Origin: Tubiluchus corallicola
Lineage: Eukaryota; Animalia; Priapulida
Direction of reading: 5' to 3'
Assembly: GCA_030141605.1 (NCBI GenBank)
Contig: JAQGDQ010000536.1
Span: 57,961 to 121,960, forward strand
DNA length: 64,000 bases
Of the stretch, positions 24,485-38,019 are shown one piece after another. Position numbers and translations under genes: made by a program. Below the pieces are notes generated by a model. The model worked only from the letters and a program-made list of their open reading frames with translations, ran no database searches and was not told where the DNA came from. The stretch's first letter is position 1. The number at the start of each line of letters is the position of its first letter.

Positions 24485-25800
24485 CCTATCCTATCATTTT
24501 CTTATTTTCTATTCTATTCTATTCTATTCTATTCTATTCTATTCTATTCTATTCTATTCTATTCTATTCTATTCTATCCTATCCTATCCTATCCTATCCT
24601 ATCCTATCCTATCCTATCATTTTCTTATTTTCGATTCTATTCTATTCTATTCTATTCTATTCTATTCTATTCTATTCTATTCTATTCTATTCTATTCTAT
24701 TCTATCCTATCCTATCCTATCCTATCCTATCCTATCCTATCCTATCCTATCCTATCCTATCATTTTCTTATTTTCGATTCTATTCTATTTTATTCTATTC
24801 TATTCTATTCTATTCTATTCTATTCTATTCTATTCTATTCTATTCTATTCTATTCTATTCTATTCTATCCTATCCTATCCTATCCTATCCTATCCTATCC
24901 TATCCTATCATTTTCTTATTTTCTATTCTATTCTATTCTATTCTATTCTATTCTATTCTATTCTATTCTATTCTATTCTATTCTATTCTATTCTATTCTA
25001 TTCTATTCTATTCTATCCTATCCTATCCTATCATTTTCTTATTTTCGATTCTATTCTATTCTATTCTATTCTATTCTATTCTATTCTATTCTATTCTATT
25101 CTATTCTATTCTATTCTATTCTATTCTATCCTATCCTATCCTATCCTATCCTATCCTATCCTATCCTATCATTTTCTTCTATTCTATTCTATTCTATTCT
25201 ATTCTATTCTATTCTATTCTATTCTATTCTATTCTATTCTATTCTATTCTATTCTATCCTATCCTATCCTATCCTATCCTATCATTTTCTTATTTTCGAT
25301 TCTATTCTATTCTATTCTATTCTATTCTATTCTATTCTATTCTATTCTATTCTATTCTATTCTATTCTATTCTATTCTATTCTATTCTATTATATTCTAT
25401 TCTATTCTATTCTATCCTATCCTATCCTATCCTATCCTATCCTATCCTATCCTATCCTATCCTATCATTTTCTTATTTTCGATTCTATTCTATTCTATTC
25501 TATTCTATTCTATTCTATTCTATTCTATTCTATTCTATTCTATTCTATTCTATTCTATTCTATTCTATTCTATTCTATCCTATCCTATCCTATCCTATCC
25601 TATCCTATCATTTTCTTATTTTCTATCCTATTCTACTATTCTATTCTATTCTATTCTATTCTATTCTATTCTATTCTATTCTATTCTATTCTATTCTATT
25701 CTATTCTATTCTATTCTATTCTATTCTATTCTATTAGCATACGAGTATACGAGTATACGAGCATACGAGCATACGAGCATACGAGCATACGAGCATACGT
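24485..25800. repeat. Compound (ATTCT)n/(ATCCT)n microsatellite with higher-order spacer, followed by (ATACGAGC)n
   Basis: Blocks alternate with the recurring spacer catttttcttattttc-like sequence. This tract produces the 455 and 472-aa spurious ORFs. Confidence 0.95.
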
Positions 25801-26047
25801 GTTGACTGAAAATATATAAATAAGACTTACTGTATATAGGGCTTAGTTTTTCTTTCTATGCAGCCGTTTCACTCTGTCTAACTTTTTTAAATCAATGATA
25901 CTACTATTTTGAGCTACTATTTTGCTTTTAATTTCCTTTTCCCCAATGGCACACTCAATTTTAACACTTTATCTGTAATTTTCAGCTGCCCAGGCTCGTT
26001 AAGGTGAAGCTCCTGAAACTATTTTGTAGTTTATGGCTATCACTTAC

Positions 26048-26160
26048 TTTCATTGTCTTTTAGCCATACCATGCGAGGATTCGACCAGACGGCTTGTGAT
26101 TCTTGTGATGCTGACACTTGGTCACTCGTAACAATGGTCAAAGGAACTGGCCACACCGAC
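26048..26160 (-). CDS. M1 aminopeptidase exon
   Basis: cattag|...GAAA|gtaagt, 113 nt. Encodes (K)SVWPVPLTIVTSDQVSASQESQAVWSNPRMVWLKDNE (WxVPxT motif). Confidence 0.9.
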
Positions 26161-26348
26161 CTAATGAAAAATTAGAAAACAGATGTTGATTAAATTTAGG
26201 TTAAAGTAAATATTTTGACATATGCCGGTTTAATGGTAACGAATCGCAACACTTACAGTACTGGCCGAATTTAAATGTCTGAAATTCACAAAAGAACGTT
26301 TTTTTACAAAAAGCAATAACTGTTATTCATTCCCTGTTTGTCCAAAAA

Positions 26349-26812
26349 TTTGATTTGATTTGACTTGATTTGATTTGATTTGATTTGATTTGATTTGATT
26401 TGATTTGACTTGACTTGACTTGACTTGACTTGACTTGACTTGACTTGACTTGATTTGATTTGACTTGACTTGACTTGACTTGACTTGACTTGACTTGACT
26501 TGACTTGACTTGACTTGATTTTATTTTATTTTATTTTATTTTATTTTATTTTATTTTATTTCATTTCTTTATTTTATTTTATTTTATTTTATTTTATTTT
26601 ATTTTATTTTATTTTATTTTATTTTATTTTATTTTATTTTATTTTATTTTATTTTATTTTATTTTATTTTATTTTATTTTATTTTATTTTATTTTATTTT
26701 ATTTTATTTTATTTCATTTCATTTCATTTCATTTCATTTCATTTCATTTCATTTCATTTCATTTCATTTCATTTTATTTTATTTTATTTTATTTTATTTT
26801 GTTTTATTTTAT
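26349..26812. repeat. Pentanucleotide mosaic (TTTGA/CTTGA/TTTTA/TTTCA)n
   Basis: Seen directly in the sequence. Confidence 0.95.
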
Positions 26813-27100
26813 TTGTCAAAAAGTTCGTTTTATTATTCAGGTTAAACTTATCCGTAAATTTTAGCAAATGTCCGTTTTCTTGCATATTAGTAAGTAAATC
26901 GTAGAAAAGTTTGTCATTTTTAATACTTTCCTACTATAGTGTAACCTAAATATGCATAAGAACTAAATTGTGGTATGTTATGGCTTAGTTATAGCCTTAG
27001 TTATCCACTATCTCTACTGTCATAACTAATTGCAATTCCTCTCTAGTGTTTAGCAATGTTTAGCTAACTATTTCTAAAATTATTGCTTTAGAAAACTTAC

Positions 27101-27330
27101 TTTTCTAAATCTTCAGCTGTTTTATCCAGTAGGAATCGTTCTTGGTTGGCTGTAACTGTACCCGAAGAACTAACATTCAAGGTGACAACAGGATATCCGG
27201 TGAGTTTTGTCCATGCGTCCAAGACTTCTTTGACGTCTACGGGCGTCCCCGAAGCCATGGCGACTTCAGACATGGCATTCCACAAATCGTCAGTCACAGC
27301 GTTGTCATACTCGTTATCTTTCAAGTATTT
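27101..27330 (-). CDS. M1 aminopeptidase exon
   Basis: tgccag|...AA|gtaagt, 230 nt. Encodes KYLKDNEYDNAVTDDLWNAM...VKEVLDAWTKLTGYPVVTL...QERFLL. Confidence 0.95.
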
Positions 27331-27639
27331 CTGGCAAATATACAACAAGTTCTAACATGTCAACTAATATAATTTCTGGAACATTAGGTAACAGTATCCT
27401 TAAACTTACTTTTTCGCTTGATCGCTTACTGGTAAGCTTCGTTAGTTTGTTTTTGTCAATTTTTAAGCCTTGATGTCTGCATTGCTCCATTCTTTTCTTC
27501 CTGCGTTTCTTTCTTTTGTTTTCCTATCTTTCTTTTACCATTCATTCATTCCTTCATTCGGTCGTTATTTCGTTCATTCATTCATCCTTTCTTTTTTCCC
27601 TTCTTCTTTTTTCTTTTTTCTTTTTTCTTTCTTTCTTTC

Positions 27640-27960
27640 TCTCTCTCTCATTCATTCATTCATTCATTAATTCGTTTGTTCGTTCGTTCGTTCGTTCGTT
27701 CGTTCGTTCGTTCGTTCGTTCGTTCGTTCGTTCGTTCGTTCGTTCGTTCGTTCGTTCGTTAATTCATTCATTCATTCATTCATTCATTCATTCATTCATT
27801 CATTCATTCATTCATTCATTCATTCATTCATTCATTCATTCATTCATTCATTCATTCATTCATTCATTCATTCATTCATTCATTCATTCATTCATTCTTA
27901 TTTTCTTTCTTCCTTTCTCTCTCTCTCTCATTCATTCATTCATTCATTCATTTATCCATT
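27640..27960. repeat. (TTCG)n/(TTCA)n microsatellite
   Basis: Seen directly in the sequence. Confidence 0.95.
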
Positions 27961-28248
27961 CTTTTTTCTTTTTTCGTGTCCTTCCAGCTTTCCTCTTTTT
28001 TCTTTCTCTCTGTCTTCGTTTCCTCCTCTAATATTGTTTTAATTTTGCTCCCAATTCGTTCACTATTACATTCGTACACTCACTCGTTCCGCTCAAATAA
28101 GTGAACCCGATTTGTTTGATTTCCTTCATTTACGAGGCTGTGAAATTTATATGAATAAAAATCGAGTAACTTAGCAGTTTTGTTTTCTAGTTTTACTAAA
28201 GCTTTATCTGTTACAAACTAACAACATGGCTGAACTGCATAAACTTAC

Positions 28249-28314
28249 TTTTAATCCAGACTTGAAAACTTTGGAACCAAGAAAATAACTCATCATGCGG
28301 ACGATAGAGGCGCC
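28249..28314 (-). CDS. M1 aminopeptidase exon
   Basis: tgttag|...AAA|gtaagt, 66 nt. Encodes GASIVRMMSYFLGSKVFKSGLK. Confidence 0.93.
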
Positions 28315-28367
28315 CTAACAGCAAAAGACAAAATTATTAATGCAAAAATAATAACAACAGTAACAGT

Positions 28368-29070
<703 letters not shown>

Positions 29071-29393
29071 AATGCGCATGCTCGTCAAAAACCCTTTCTT
29101 GCATGATATTCCATGTAAAGCTTGCAATTTGTTGATTCACATAGACATTTCTTACAATAGCCATGTCCATATTATTACTCAGAGACCCGGATTCATTTTA
29201 GTATGGCTTCGATCCGGTCTTTAATCTTCTTGCACTAAACAGGATTAACTGCAGCTCTGTGCAGAAGACCTTAAAACGCATGCAGTGAATAATCATCTTC
29301 ATCATCATCATCATCATCATGTTTCTTAATCTTTATCAATAATCTGACAACTCTTTTATTACATGTTAGTCATCCGTACACAACAGCGCTCAC

Positions 29394-29528
29394 CTTCGAG
29401 TAAGAAATGTCATCGAAGATTTCTCCGATTTCTTCTGGGTCGCTAACAGTAGCAAAAATTGGGTGCGATGTGGTGAGGGAGTCTGTTACCATAGCCCTTT
29501 GCATCTCTCTTCTTATCAGCCTCTCATC
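29394..29528 (-). CDS. M1 aminopeptidase exon with the catalytic Tyr
   Basis: tcaaag|...AAG|gtgagc, 135 nt. Encodes DERLIRREMQRAMVTDSLTTSHPI...IGEIFDDISYSK (FDxISYxKG motif). Confidence 0.95.
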
Positions 29529-30207
29529 CTTTGATAAAAACATTACTTTATCATTTTTAATTACCTATATACAGCTGAATAGTGTATGAATAACTGAGTG
29601 GTCACGGGATGCGCTCTGCGACCGAAGTTAATTAATGCTGAGAAAATAAAATAAAATTAAATGAAAAGACAAATAAGATAAAAAATATATTGTAATATTC
29701 AATTGTAAAAATGATAAATTTCTTTGTTTTTATCATTGCAACAACATAGAATAAATAAAATGAATATTTCTTTTTCACCTTTTCTTTGCTCGATGCATTA
29801 CTTATTAGATTATTCACACTGAATACGTTCACACTCAAGGTACTATTAAACGCTAACGTTAAACTAGCTTTGCGTTTTTACCAGTTCACATCTGGAAAAT
29901 GTCTCTGTTAAGGAAACGTTCATTAAAATGTTACCGCTTTCGGTGACAGTAAGAATTTTGCATCTGCAGTGATACTAGCCCGGTCACCGACCCCTATCAT
30001 TCCAGGAATGCTATTAATTAACTTTATTGTCTACATACATTGGTGCAAGTGAAAGAACTGCTTCTGCATTTTGATTATAATTTGAGTACGGACTACCGCA
30101 ATTACTGCAGCAGTCACCGGCTATCAGCTTATAATAGCTTAGTTAACATGCAGCTAAAATGAACCGTATCAGTGTGGACATGTCAAGCACTCAGAAGGTG
30201 TTCTTAC

Positions 30208-30321
30208 CACGCTGCTGGCTGGTTCTGTTTCCTGGATACCGATTTGAGCCAGGTAAGATGCAAAACCTTCGTTCAGCCATAAATCATCCCACCACACTGG
30301 TGTTACCAAATTCCCAAACCA
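30208..30321 (-). CDS. M1 aminopeptidase exon with the third zinc ligand
   Basis: tgttag|...GTG|gtaaga, 114 nt. Encodes [38 protein letters not shown] and completes HEXXH-X18-E with either upstream exon. Confidence 0.96.
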
Positions 30322-30384
30322 CTAACAATTAAAATAAGCTGTTTAAAAATTAGTTAATACATAAACATACATTTGATAAAAAAT

Positions 30385-30549
30385 CTATGTCTATGTCTGT
30401 GTCTGTGTCTGTGACTGTGTCTGTGTCTGTGTCTGTGACTGTGTCTGTGTCTGTGTCTGTGTCTGTGACTGTGACTGTGACTGTGACTGTGACTGTGACT
30501 GTGACTGTGACTGTGACTGTGTCTGTGTCTGTGTCTGTGTGTATGTGTT

Positions 30550-30644
<95 letters not shown>

Positions 30645-30662
30645 CCTATGCCTATGCCTATA
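30385..30662. repeat. (TGTGTC/TGTGAC/TGTGTA)n plus (TA)n microsatellite
   Basis: Seen directly in the sequence. Confidence 0.9.
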
Positions 30663-32591
30663 TACATTCTCTGCGCATGCGACTCTATTTGATGGGTATT
30701 AATATTACTATATTTCATTAAAAAATATCAAAAACTGACTACACTCTGTAAAACTGTATGAAATGACCTTTATTGATCAAAATAAATGGTTTAGATGGAA
30801 AATATAAATCAATAATTATGTTCACGTAGCTTTCAGGTATATTACTGTGTGCTATAATAAATTAGCTTTGCACTTCAAAACAGATCTAGTACACATAAAC
30901 TACATCACAGCTTTTACACTTAGCACTTGTTTTGATTATTTTCATTTTCCGTCTATTTGCATAAGTAAACACTGGTGGCGCCTTGCAAAATGTTTCTGGG
31001 GATAACCAAAACGCCAGTAAGGATCAGAGAGAGAGAGAGTCGAGTAACTACGATCTTTTTATGGAAGGGGGCCCACTCCTCGTGCCTATTTAAAACACAG
31101 TTTACATTTTTACCAAATATTTACACAAAGAGTTCTGTGAATGTTACGAAAATGGCGAAAGCATCTACAAAAAAAGATTTTTTATCTTCATGGTTGCAAA
31201 ATTATATCGTGGAACTTTCAATACTTCCAATTAGTCAAGTTATAAAAACGACAAAAATTTTTGTGTTTGTGCGCATGCTTGACTGTCCCATCCATTGTCG
31301 TACTGTCCTGGTTTAGATTTCAGACTGCAATCACGCAGCCGTGAGTTCGAAACTAGTAGCTGCCAATACTCTACATGTTATTTGTGTGTTGCGTCCTTAC
31401 CAGTGTTGTTGCCAGTGTAAGTTGCTAATAAGCCTTTAGTGCTATATAATATCAGATATATACTATATATAATATTAATATCGTCAGCATATATCTTTAA
31501 TGACGATATTATACTATATGTTGTCTGTTAAACGAGTGACGGTAAATAAGTCTTGTCTCTGTCTTTGTCTTTGTCACATTTTAACGCATATCTCATATTA
31601 TTGCGCTACCCAGTATTATGATAATAATATAAATATATAATACTAATATATACAATAATACAATACAATACAAATATTAAATACAATAAATATATAATGA
31701 AATGAAACATTTATAATGAAACATTTAACACTGCTTTGTGGAAGCATAATTAAATGTACTCATTAATTATAATAATTAAGTTAATTATAATTATACTCTT
31801 CCACAAACGTTATGACTTGAAACTACGCAATCTAGTAAATTTCCTCACATCAAACGAAGTAAAAATTTAACAACGATGACGTATGCAATAGAGCAACATT
31901 CACTTCACACAACTAACAATAACAATGTGGTAAAAACATACGGTTACGGCAACGTTCATGCGGCAGGGCAGCAATGTCCTCGTACTTACAAACACAATAT
32001 CATAGGCAACATGTTAAAGCTGTACAAAATAACATTACACTTATGAAATCAATACCAATTAAGGTTTACCACACTGCAGCAACCACGCACCCGTGGACAC
32101 ACGATAAGACAACATGTTAATGCTGTTAAAAATACAACAGTGTGAATGAACTTACTATGTCAATTGCAGCTACGACATTGACAAAATGCACTGATGCAAA
32201 ACTATAGATAACGTATTTGTTTATAATATATATAAAAAGTATAACGTTACACTTACCTAAGTGCCTTGCAATTGAAATTGTCATATAAAGTATACATTGT
32301 CATATATATATATATATATATATATATAATTGACCTAATCAAGCAATGATCTAACCCAACCTAATTTAACTTAAGGGAAAGCACAATTAGCTTTTGAACT
32401 CACAAAAATTCGACAGGGAAATTGTAAAAAACTTGTCTATAGAGCGTAAAATTAATTTATACTACTGCAGTATAGAAATCTTCGGTGGCGGTGGCAACCG
32501 ACTATGAACGACGTCATTGATGGAAAGATGGGCGTTTAAAATGTGAGCAAGCAAATATGAAATGGTCGAGACTTTAAAGTGATTTTACTAA

Positions 32592-33370
32592 CTAATCTAA
32601 TCTAATCTAATCTAATCTAATCTAATCTAATCTAATCTAATCTAATCTAATCTAATCTAATCTAATCTAATCTAATCTAATCTAATCTAATCTAATCTAA
32701 TCTAATCTAATCTAATCTAATCTAATCTAATCTAATCTAATCTAATCTAATCTAATCTAATCTAATCTAATCTAATCTAATCTAATCTAATCTAATCTAA
32801 TCTAATCTAATCTAATCTAATCTAATCTAATCTAATCTAATCTAATCTAATCTAATCTAATCTAATCTAATCTAATCTAATCTAATCTAATCTAATCTAA
32901 TCTAATCTAATCTAATCTAATCTAATCTAATCTAATCTAATCTAATCTAATCTAATCTAATCTAATCTAATCTAATCTAATCTAATCTAATCTAATCTAA
33001 TCTAATCTAATCTCATCTCTTCTCGCGTAACTTAACCTAACCTAACCTAACCTAACCGAATCGAATCGAATCGAATCTAACCTCACCTCACCTCACCTCA
33101 CCTCACCTCACCCCACCCCATCCCATCCCATCCCACCTCATCTAATCGAATCGAATCTAGTCTAGTCTAGTCTAGTCTAGTCTAGTCTCGCCTCGTCTCG
33201 TCTCGTCTCGTCTCGTCTCGTCTCGCCTCGCCTCGCCTCGCCTCGCCTCACCTCACCTAATCGAATCGAATCGAATCGAATCGAATCGAATCTGATCCGA
33301 TCCGATCCAATCCAACCCAACCCAACCCAATCCAATCCAATATAATCTAATCTAATCTAATCTAATCTAA
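32592..33370. repeat. (CTAAT)n array grading into pentamer variants
   Basis: About 420 bp of pure CTAAT, then blocks of CCTAA, CGAAT, CTCAC, CTAGT, CTCGT, CTCGC and CCAAT. Confidence 0.95.
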
Positions 33371-33807
33371 TTGTCGCGGATTATCAGTATCTTGGTGCAG
33401 AAAAGGTTGACCTAATCTGGTCAACCGGTAACAGAAAACAGTAAAATTAGAAGCCAACGCGAGCTTCGCATTTATTTATTTTTATCTGAAATCAACAATT
33501 CTAGGCGCCGTAAAAATCGCCTCAAATTGCATTCTCGGGAGAAACCAAATCTGTCCGCCAGGTGGCCGTACATTCCTTTCAGGAGCAATCCAACACCCAC
33601 GGCCAGAAAATTTACGAAAACAAACACGAACACCAGTTGTACTGCCTCGCGAGACAAATAACGTAAATAAGGCTTTCACACGATAATTACTCGGCTGCCT
33701 TGTCCCTAATTGGACCAATCAGACATAATCTTGAGTTAGACGAGAGCTTGAGAAAGACTCAGCGAAATTAGAAAGATTTCAGGAAATACTGAAATATCAC
33801 AGAATAG

Positions 33808-33981
33808 ATTAGAATAGAATAGAATAGAATAGAATAGAATAGAATAGAATAGAATAGAATAGAATAGAATAGAATAGAATAGAATAGAATAGAAAATAAG
33901 AAAATGATAGAATAGAAAATAAGAAAATGATAGGATAGGATAGGATAGGATAGGATAGGATAGGATAGGATAGGATAGGAT
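33808..33981. repeat. (AGAAT)n/(AGGAT)n compound, reverse copy of the 24.5-kb array unit
   Basis: Includes the spacer gaaaataagaaaatgatag, the reverse complement of the spacer at 24485-25735. Confidence 0.9.
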
Positions 33982-34139
33982 GTCTGAGTTAAAACGCTGT
34001 ACGCTAGCGTCTGCTGCTAGGTAGCAAAGTACTGTCTCCATTACAGTAACAATTGTCACGTGCTTACCGTGTACCGTCATATTCTTGGATGTGATAAAGT
34101 GCAAACTTGGCGTGTGCGCTTAAAACATAAATTATTAAT

Positions 34140-34387
34140 AATGGACGCCTTGCATCCCCAATAAGTAAGTTCGGTGAGTATAAATGAACTACAAAAGCTT
34201 AATTTTTCACAGCTGTCTCTCCGCGAGAAAGTTGTAGTTAAGAAATCAGGCCGTGCAACACCTGATCTTCAAATATAACTACAACGTTAAAATTACGTTT
34301 GTTTGTTACGTTTTACACGGTATTGAAACAATGACACAGTTTTTTTGAAACAAAACCCCCAGTAATTTTAACTATGAGCCGCCACTG
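34140..34387 (+). mobile_element. hAT element remnant related to the 23067-23573 MITE
   Basis: Ends in atgagccgccactg (same TIR). Internal LQKLNFSQLSLREKVVVKKSGRATPDLQI resembles the N-terminus of ZMYM1-like hAT transposases. Confidence 0.55.
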
Positions 34388-34777
34388 ACCTTGGATATCA
34401 AATTTTTTGACTTGGTTTAGGATAATGCTGAAGAAGCAATGTACTGAAACATGCTAAAAATAATACTGGCGTAATATCACTTCGGATAGTAGATCAGTAC
34501 TTTATAAACATAGGAAAATTGCAACAGCATCATTTTCCCCGAGGTACACAAGAGAATTGGTTAGTATTTCATAGGAAACAGATGCAACAGACAATTCTTG
34601 CAAAGAGTATCAAGCAACTCAAAGCAAGCGACACCGACACAAGGTTTAAAACAGCAAGACATTGTTTATTTTGAAAGCTGAACAACATAGTTAACCCCAT
34701 ACTGCCAAATGTAGCGAGTCATAAACCTACCACACATGCGTACGTGCTACTCTAACTTGTAGTATAAGTCGAGCACA

Positions 34778-35240
<463 letters not shown>

Positions 35241-35803
35241 TTCTTACTCAATTTGTACTCTAATCTACTACCCAATCTTCATCTATCTTAAATCTCTTAA
35301 TACTATCTATCTTAATACTGGCTAATTAACTATTCACTTACCTCGAAAATCCACTAATCGACATGTGATATTCTTAGACATTGTTCTCTTACTGAATTGG
35401 CGTTTGCACAAAGAAGCATTTTTGAAAAGCTTCATCCACAATGCAACAGGTTGTTTTTTAGCCTTTAACCCTTAGGAATTGGCTTACGTTAAGCATTTCA
35501 GCTAGAAAGTATTTTAGTATCTAAATACCGGAAATTACGTCATCACGATAATTTTTTCGCGTGTTTCAGTTAAAGCTGACATCAGTTATTGAGTTTTGGG
35601 GAAACTTCAAAATAATTATAATGAATCAGCAAAGATAGAAAATCTGAAGGAATTTTGTGTAAGCGATGCGGTGCAAAGCACAAATTTCCGGCATTCATGT
35701 ACAATCTATTATTTAACATTTAAAGCAGGTAAGTTTCAGCCACTAACACAAGTGGTACCAGCATGCAGCCTTGCGGCACGCCACGTGTACACATTGAACA
35801 AAC

Positions 35804-35958
35804 CTGGTGAGCCAGCTCGTGGCAAACTGCTAAAAGTACGTATTCTTGGTTTGCTAATGATGAGACATCGTTTTCAAAGAGCATTTTAGACTCGCGAAAC
35901 GTTATGAGTCCCCAGTTCTCCATTGCCGAGAAAGAGACATCGGGAACGGCAACAAATT
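35804..35958 (-). CDS. M1 aminopeptidase active-site exon, copy A (SAMEN ... HELAH)
   Basis: atacag|...CAG|gtttgt, 155 nt, phase 1 to 0. Encodes (E)FVAVPDVSFSAMENWGLITFRESKMLFENDVSSLANQEYVLLAVCHELAHQ. Confidence 0.95.
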
Positions 35959-36148
35959 CTGTATAGAAAGACTTGAGATGATTACTGATTACTGAATATG
36001 CACAGATACAACCTTCAGTGGAATTGTTCAAAGATAATGCACAAGGTGTAATGTAACCGTTTGCTAGGGGGACAAAAACAACAAATGACTAAACAGAATA
36101 ATTTATGATATCAAACTACTGTTGAATCAACTAAGAATCTCCCAAGTC

Positions 36149-36360
36149 CTGTAAGTATATTGTGGACAGTAAGTATATTCTGTAAGTATATTCTGTAAGT
36201 ATATTGTGGACATTAAGTATATTCTGTAAGTATATTCTGTAAGTATATTGTGGACATTAAGTATATTCTGTAAATATATTCTGTAAGTATATTCTGTAAG
36301 TATGTTCTGTAAGTATATTCTGTAAGTATATTCTGTAAGTATATTCAGTAAGTATATTGT
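36149..36360. repeat. 13-bp minisatellite (CTGTAAGTATATT)n, about 15 copies
   Basis: Reads AATATACTTACAG on the gene strand and lies between the two active-site exon copies. Confidence 0.9.
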
Positions 36361-37682
36361 GCATTTTGCACAGCTTGCAGTCTTGAGGGCTATATATATG
36401 TATATATTATCTTTATTCACACATAAAGTTGCGTTACAAGTAATATAATAGGGAAAGTAGTGCTGCTTACATTAGTATATACATTACCTTGTTAGTAGCG
36501 AATACAACATTTCATTAATATCATAAACTATGAAACCTTCAATTACATATTCATTGTGCAAAATCCAGAATAGAACGTTTGCTGTTATGTCGACAGGTCA
36601 GTAATCATAAGCACAGTGGTACAAGTGTGCTCTAATATGGTTTCTGCCTAGAATACTTATACTATTACGGTTACTCAACACAGCTAATGAGCAGAGTACT
36701 GTATCAACAGATAAATTTATGTTACAAAAGAGCTTTAGAATGAAATACGGAAAAATATAACTAGAGGATATGTGTCAGCAAATACAATGTCGTGCTTCAA
36801 TAGGAAAATTTCTAGTCAAGTTTAAGATTCGTCTCAATCCTTTTCGATATATTTAGTAAATAACGTTGGCATAAAGTTCTTTGATAAATCATTAATTGAA
36901 CATCCACAGAAGGAGCAGTTGTAAGCATGAAACAATTTAAGCATTACCCATTTATCTGTCACCGACTTAAAGAAACACAAAATAGCATTAACAGACGAAA
37001 TAAAATCTTTTTTGCATTTTAAATTTTTAGTTTGTGATGACCCACTTCTTCGATCCAATTTAACACTGTACCATTAGCTGTAATACTAGGTGAGGTTTCT
37101 AGCAGGAGTGCCGGACTGAATGGGTTGGAAATTCTCTGAACAAATTGGAGCTGCCCTGAAAGGCAGAGCTGAAGCTAAGACTATCCAAGAATATCTCACT
37201 GGTCAGTATTTAAAAGACAAGCTTGTGGGACGTCTGCAAGATGTGTCGAATGATTTTCAGTTCAATTCTGATCTCGTCCCGTTTCGTTTCGTTCTGATCA
37301 TACCTCTAAAGTTTGCAGGCTATCAGAGACACACGAGGATTTCATGCTAAATACCGAATGCAAGATACATTGATTTTTTTTATACATTGAACAACGCTTT
37401 GATGTAATAAATTATTCTGTATTACTTGTTGTTTTTGTACCTCTGTAGCAAAAAGTTATGTACCACCCTGTACATTATGTACCACCCTGTACATTATGTA
37501 CCACCCTGCACATGATTATTATATTCGACGCTTCGCTTCCTACGTCCTACGTAAGCAAAGGACGTAACAGTTACCATCTTCGGAAGGTAACGCCAACTGT
37601 TTATTACTTATCCCTCATCTGACACCAATGTCCTGCAAAAAATTGTTAGAAGCACAGGGTGGGCGATAAAAAACGCACCAAC

Positions 37683-37837
37683 CTGATGAACTATCTCGTG
37701 TGTAACGAGGAAGTTAATGTAGCCTATATCGCTAAGAGCAGGGTTGCTTTCGTCTAGTGTTAATAAACGTGAATTGCAGATGATCAGTCCCCAGTTCTCC
37801 ATGCCGTTGAACGCAAACTGTGGAACGCCTACAATAT
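37683..37837 (-). CDS. M1 aminopeptidase active-site exon, copy B (NGMEN ... HEIVH), putative mutually exclusive alternative
   Basis: ttgcag|...CAG|gttggt, 155 nt, phase 1 to 0. Encodes (D)IVGVPQFAFNGMENWGLIICNSRLLTLDESNPALSDIGYINFLVTHEIVHQ. No stops or indels relative to copy A. Confidence 0.85.
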
Positions 37838-38019
37838 CTGCAATTTTTACCAATAGATGAATCAGTTTTTGTTAGCAAACAAACTTTTTAACTGACTCTA
37901 GTTGCTTTATGCACCAAGAAACCAGTAATGAATTACTTAATCACTTTGTTATAAATAAACTTTCAAATGCATTGTAGGTTGCAAAAGCCCATTAAAATGT
38001 TTCCATAAGATTAAAAAAT

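Noticed and set aside
24370-25819. 455-aa and 472-aa ORFs
   Set aside because: These are translations of (ATTCT)n/(ATCCT)n microsatellites that happen to lack stops.
37120-37350. 76-aa ORF between the alternative exons
   Set aside because: It has no recognisable motif, no third MEN/HEXXH copy on either strand and no supporting splice structure.
37608-37853. Exon B as evidence of a second complete aminopeptidase gene
   Set aside because: No second copy of any other exon was found, and all flanking exons are single and phase-compatible with both A and B.
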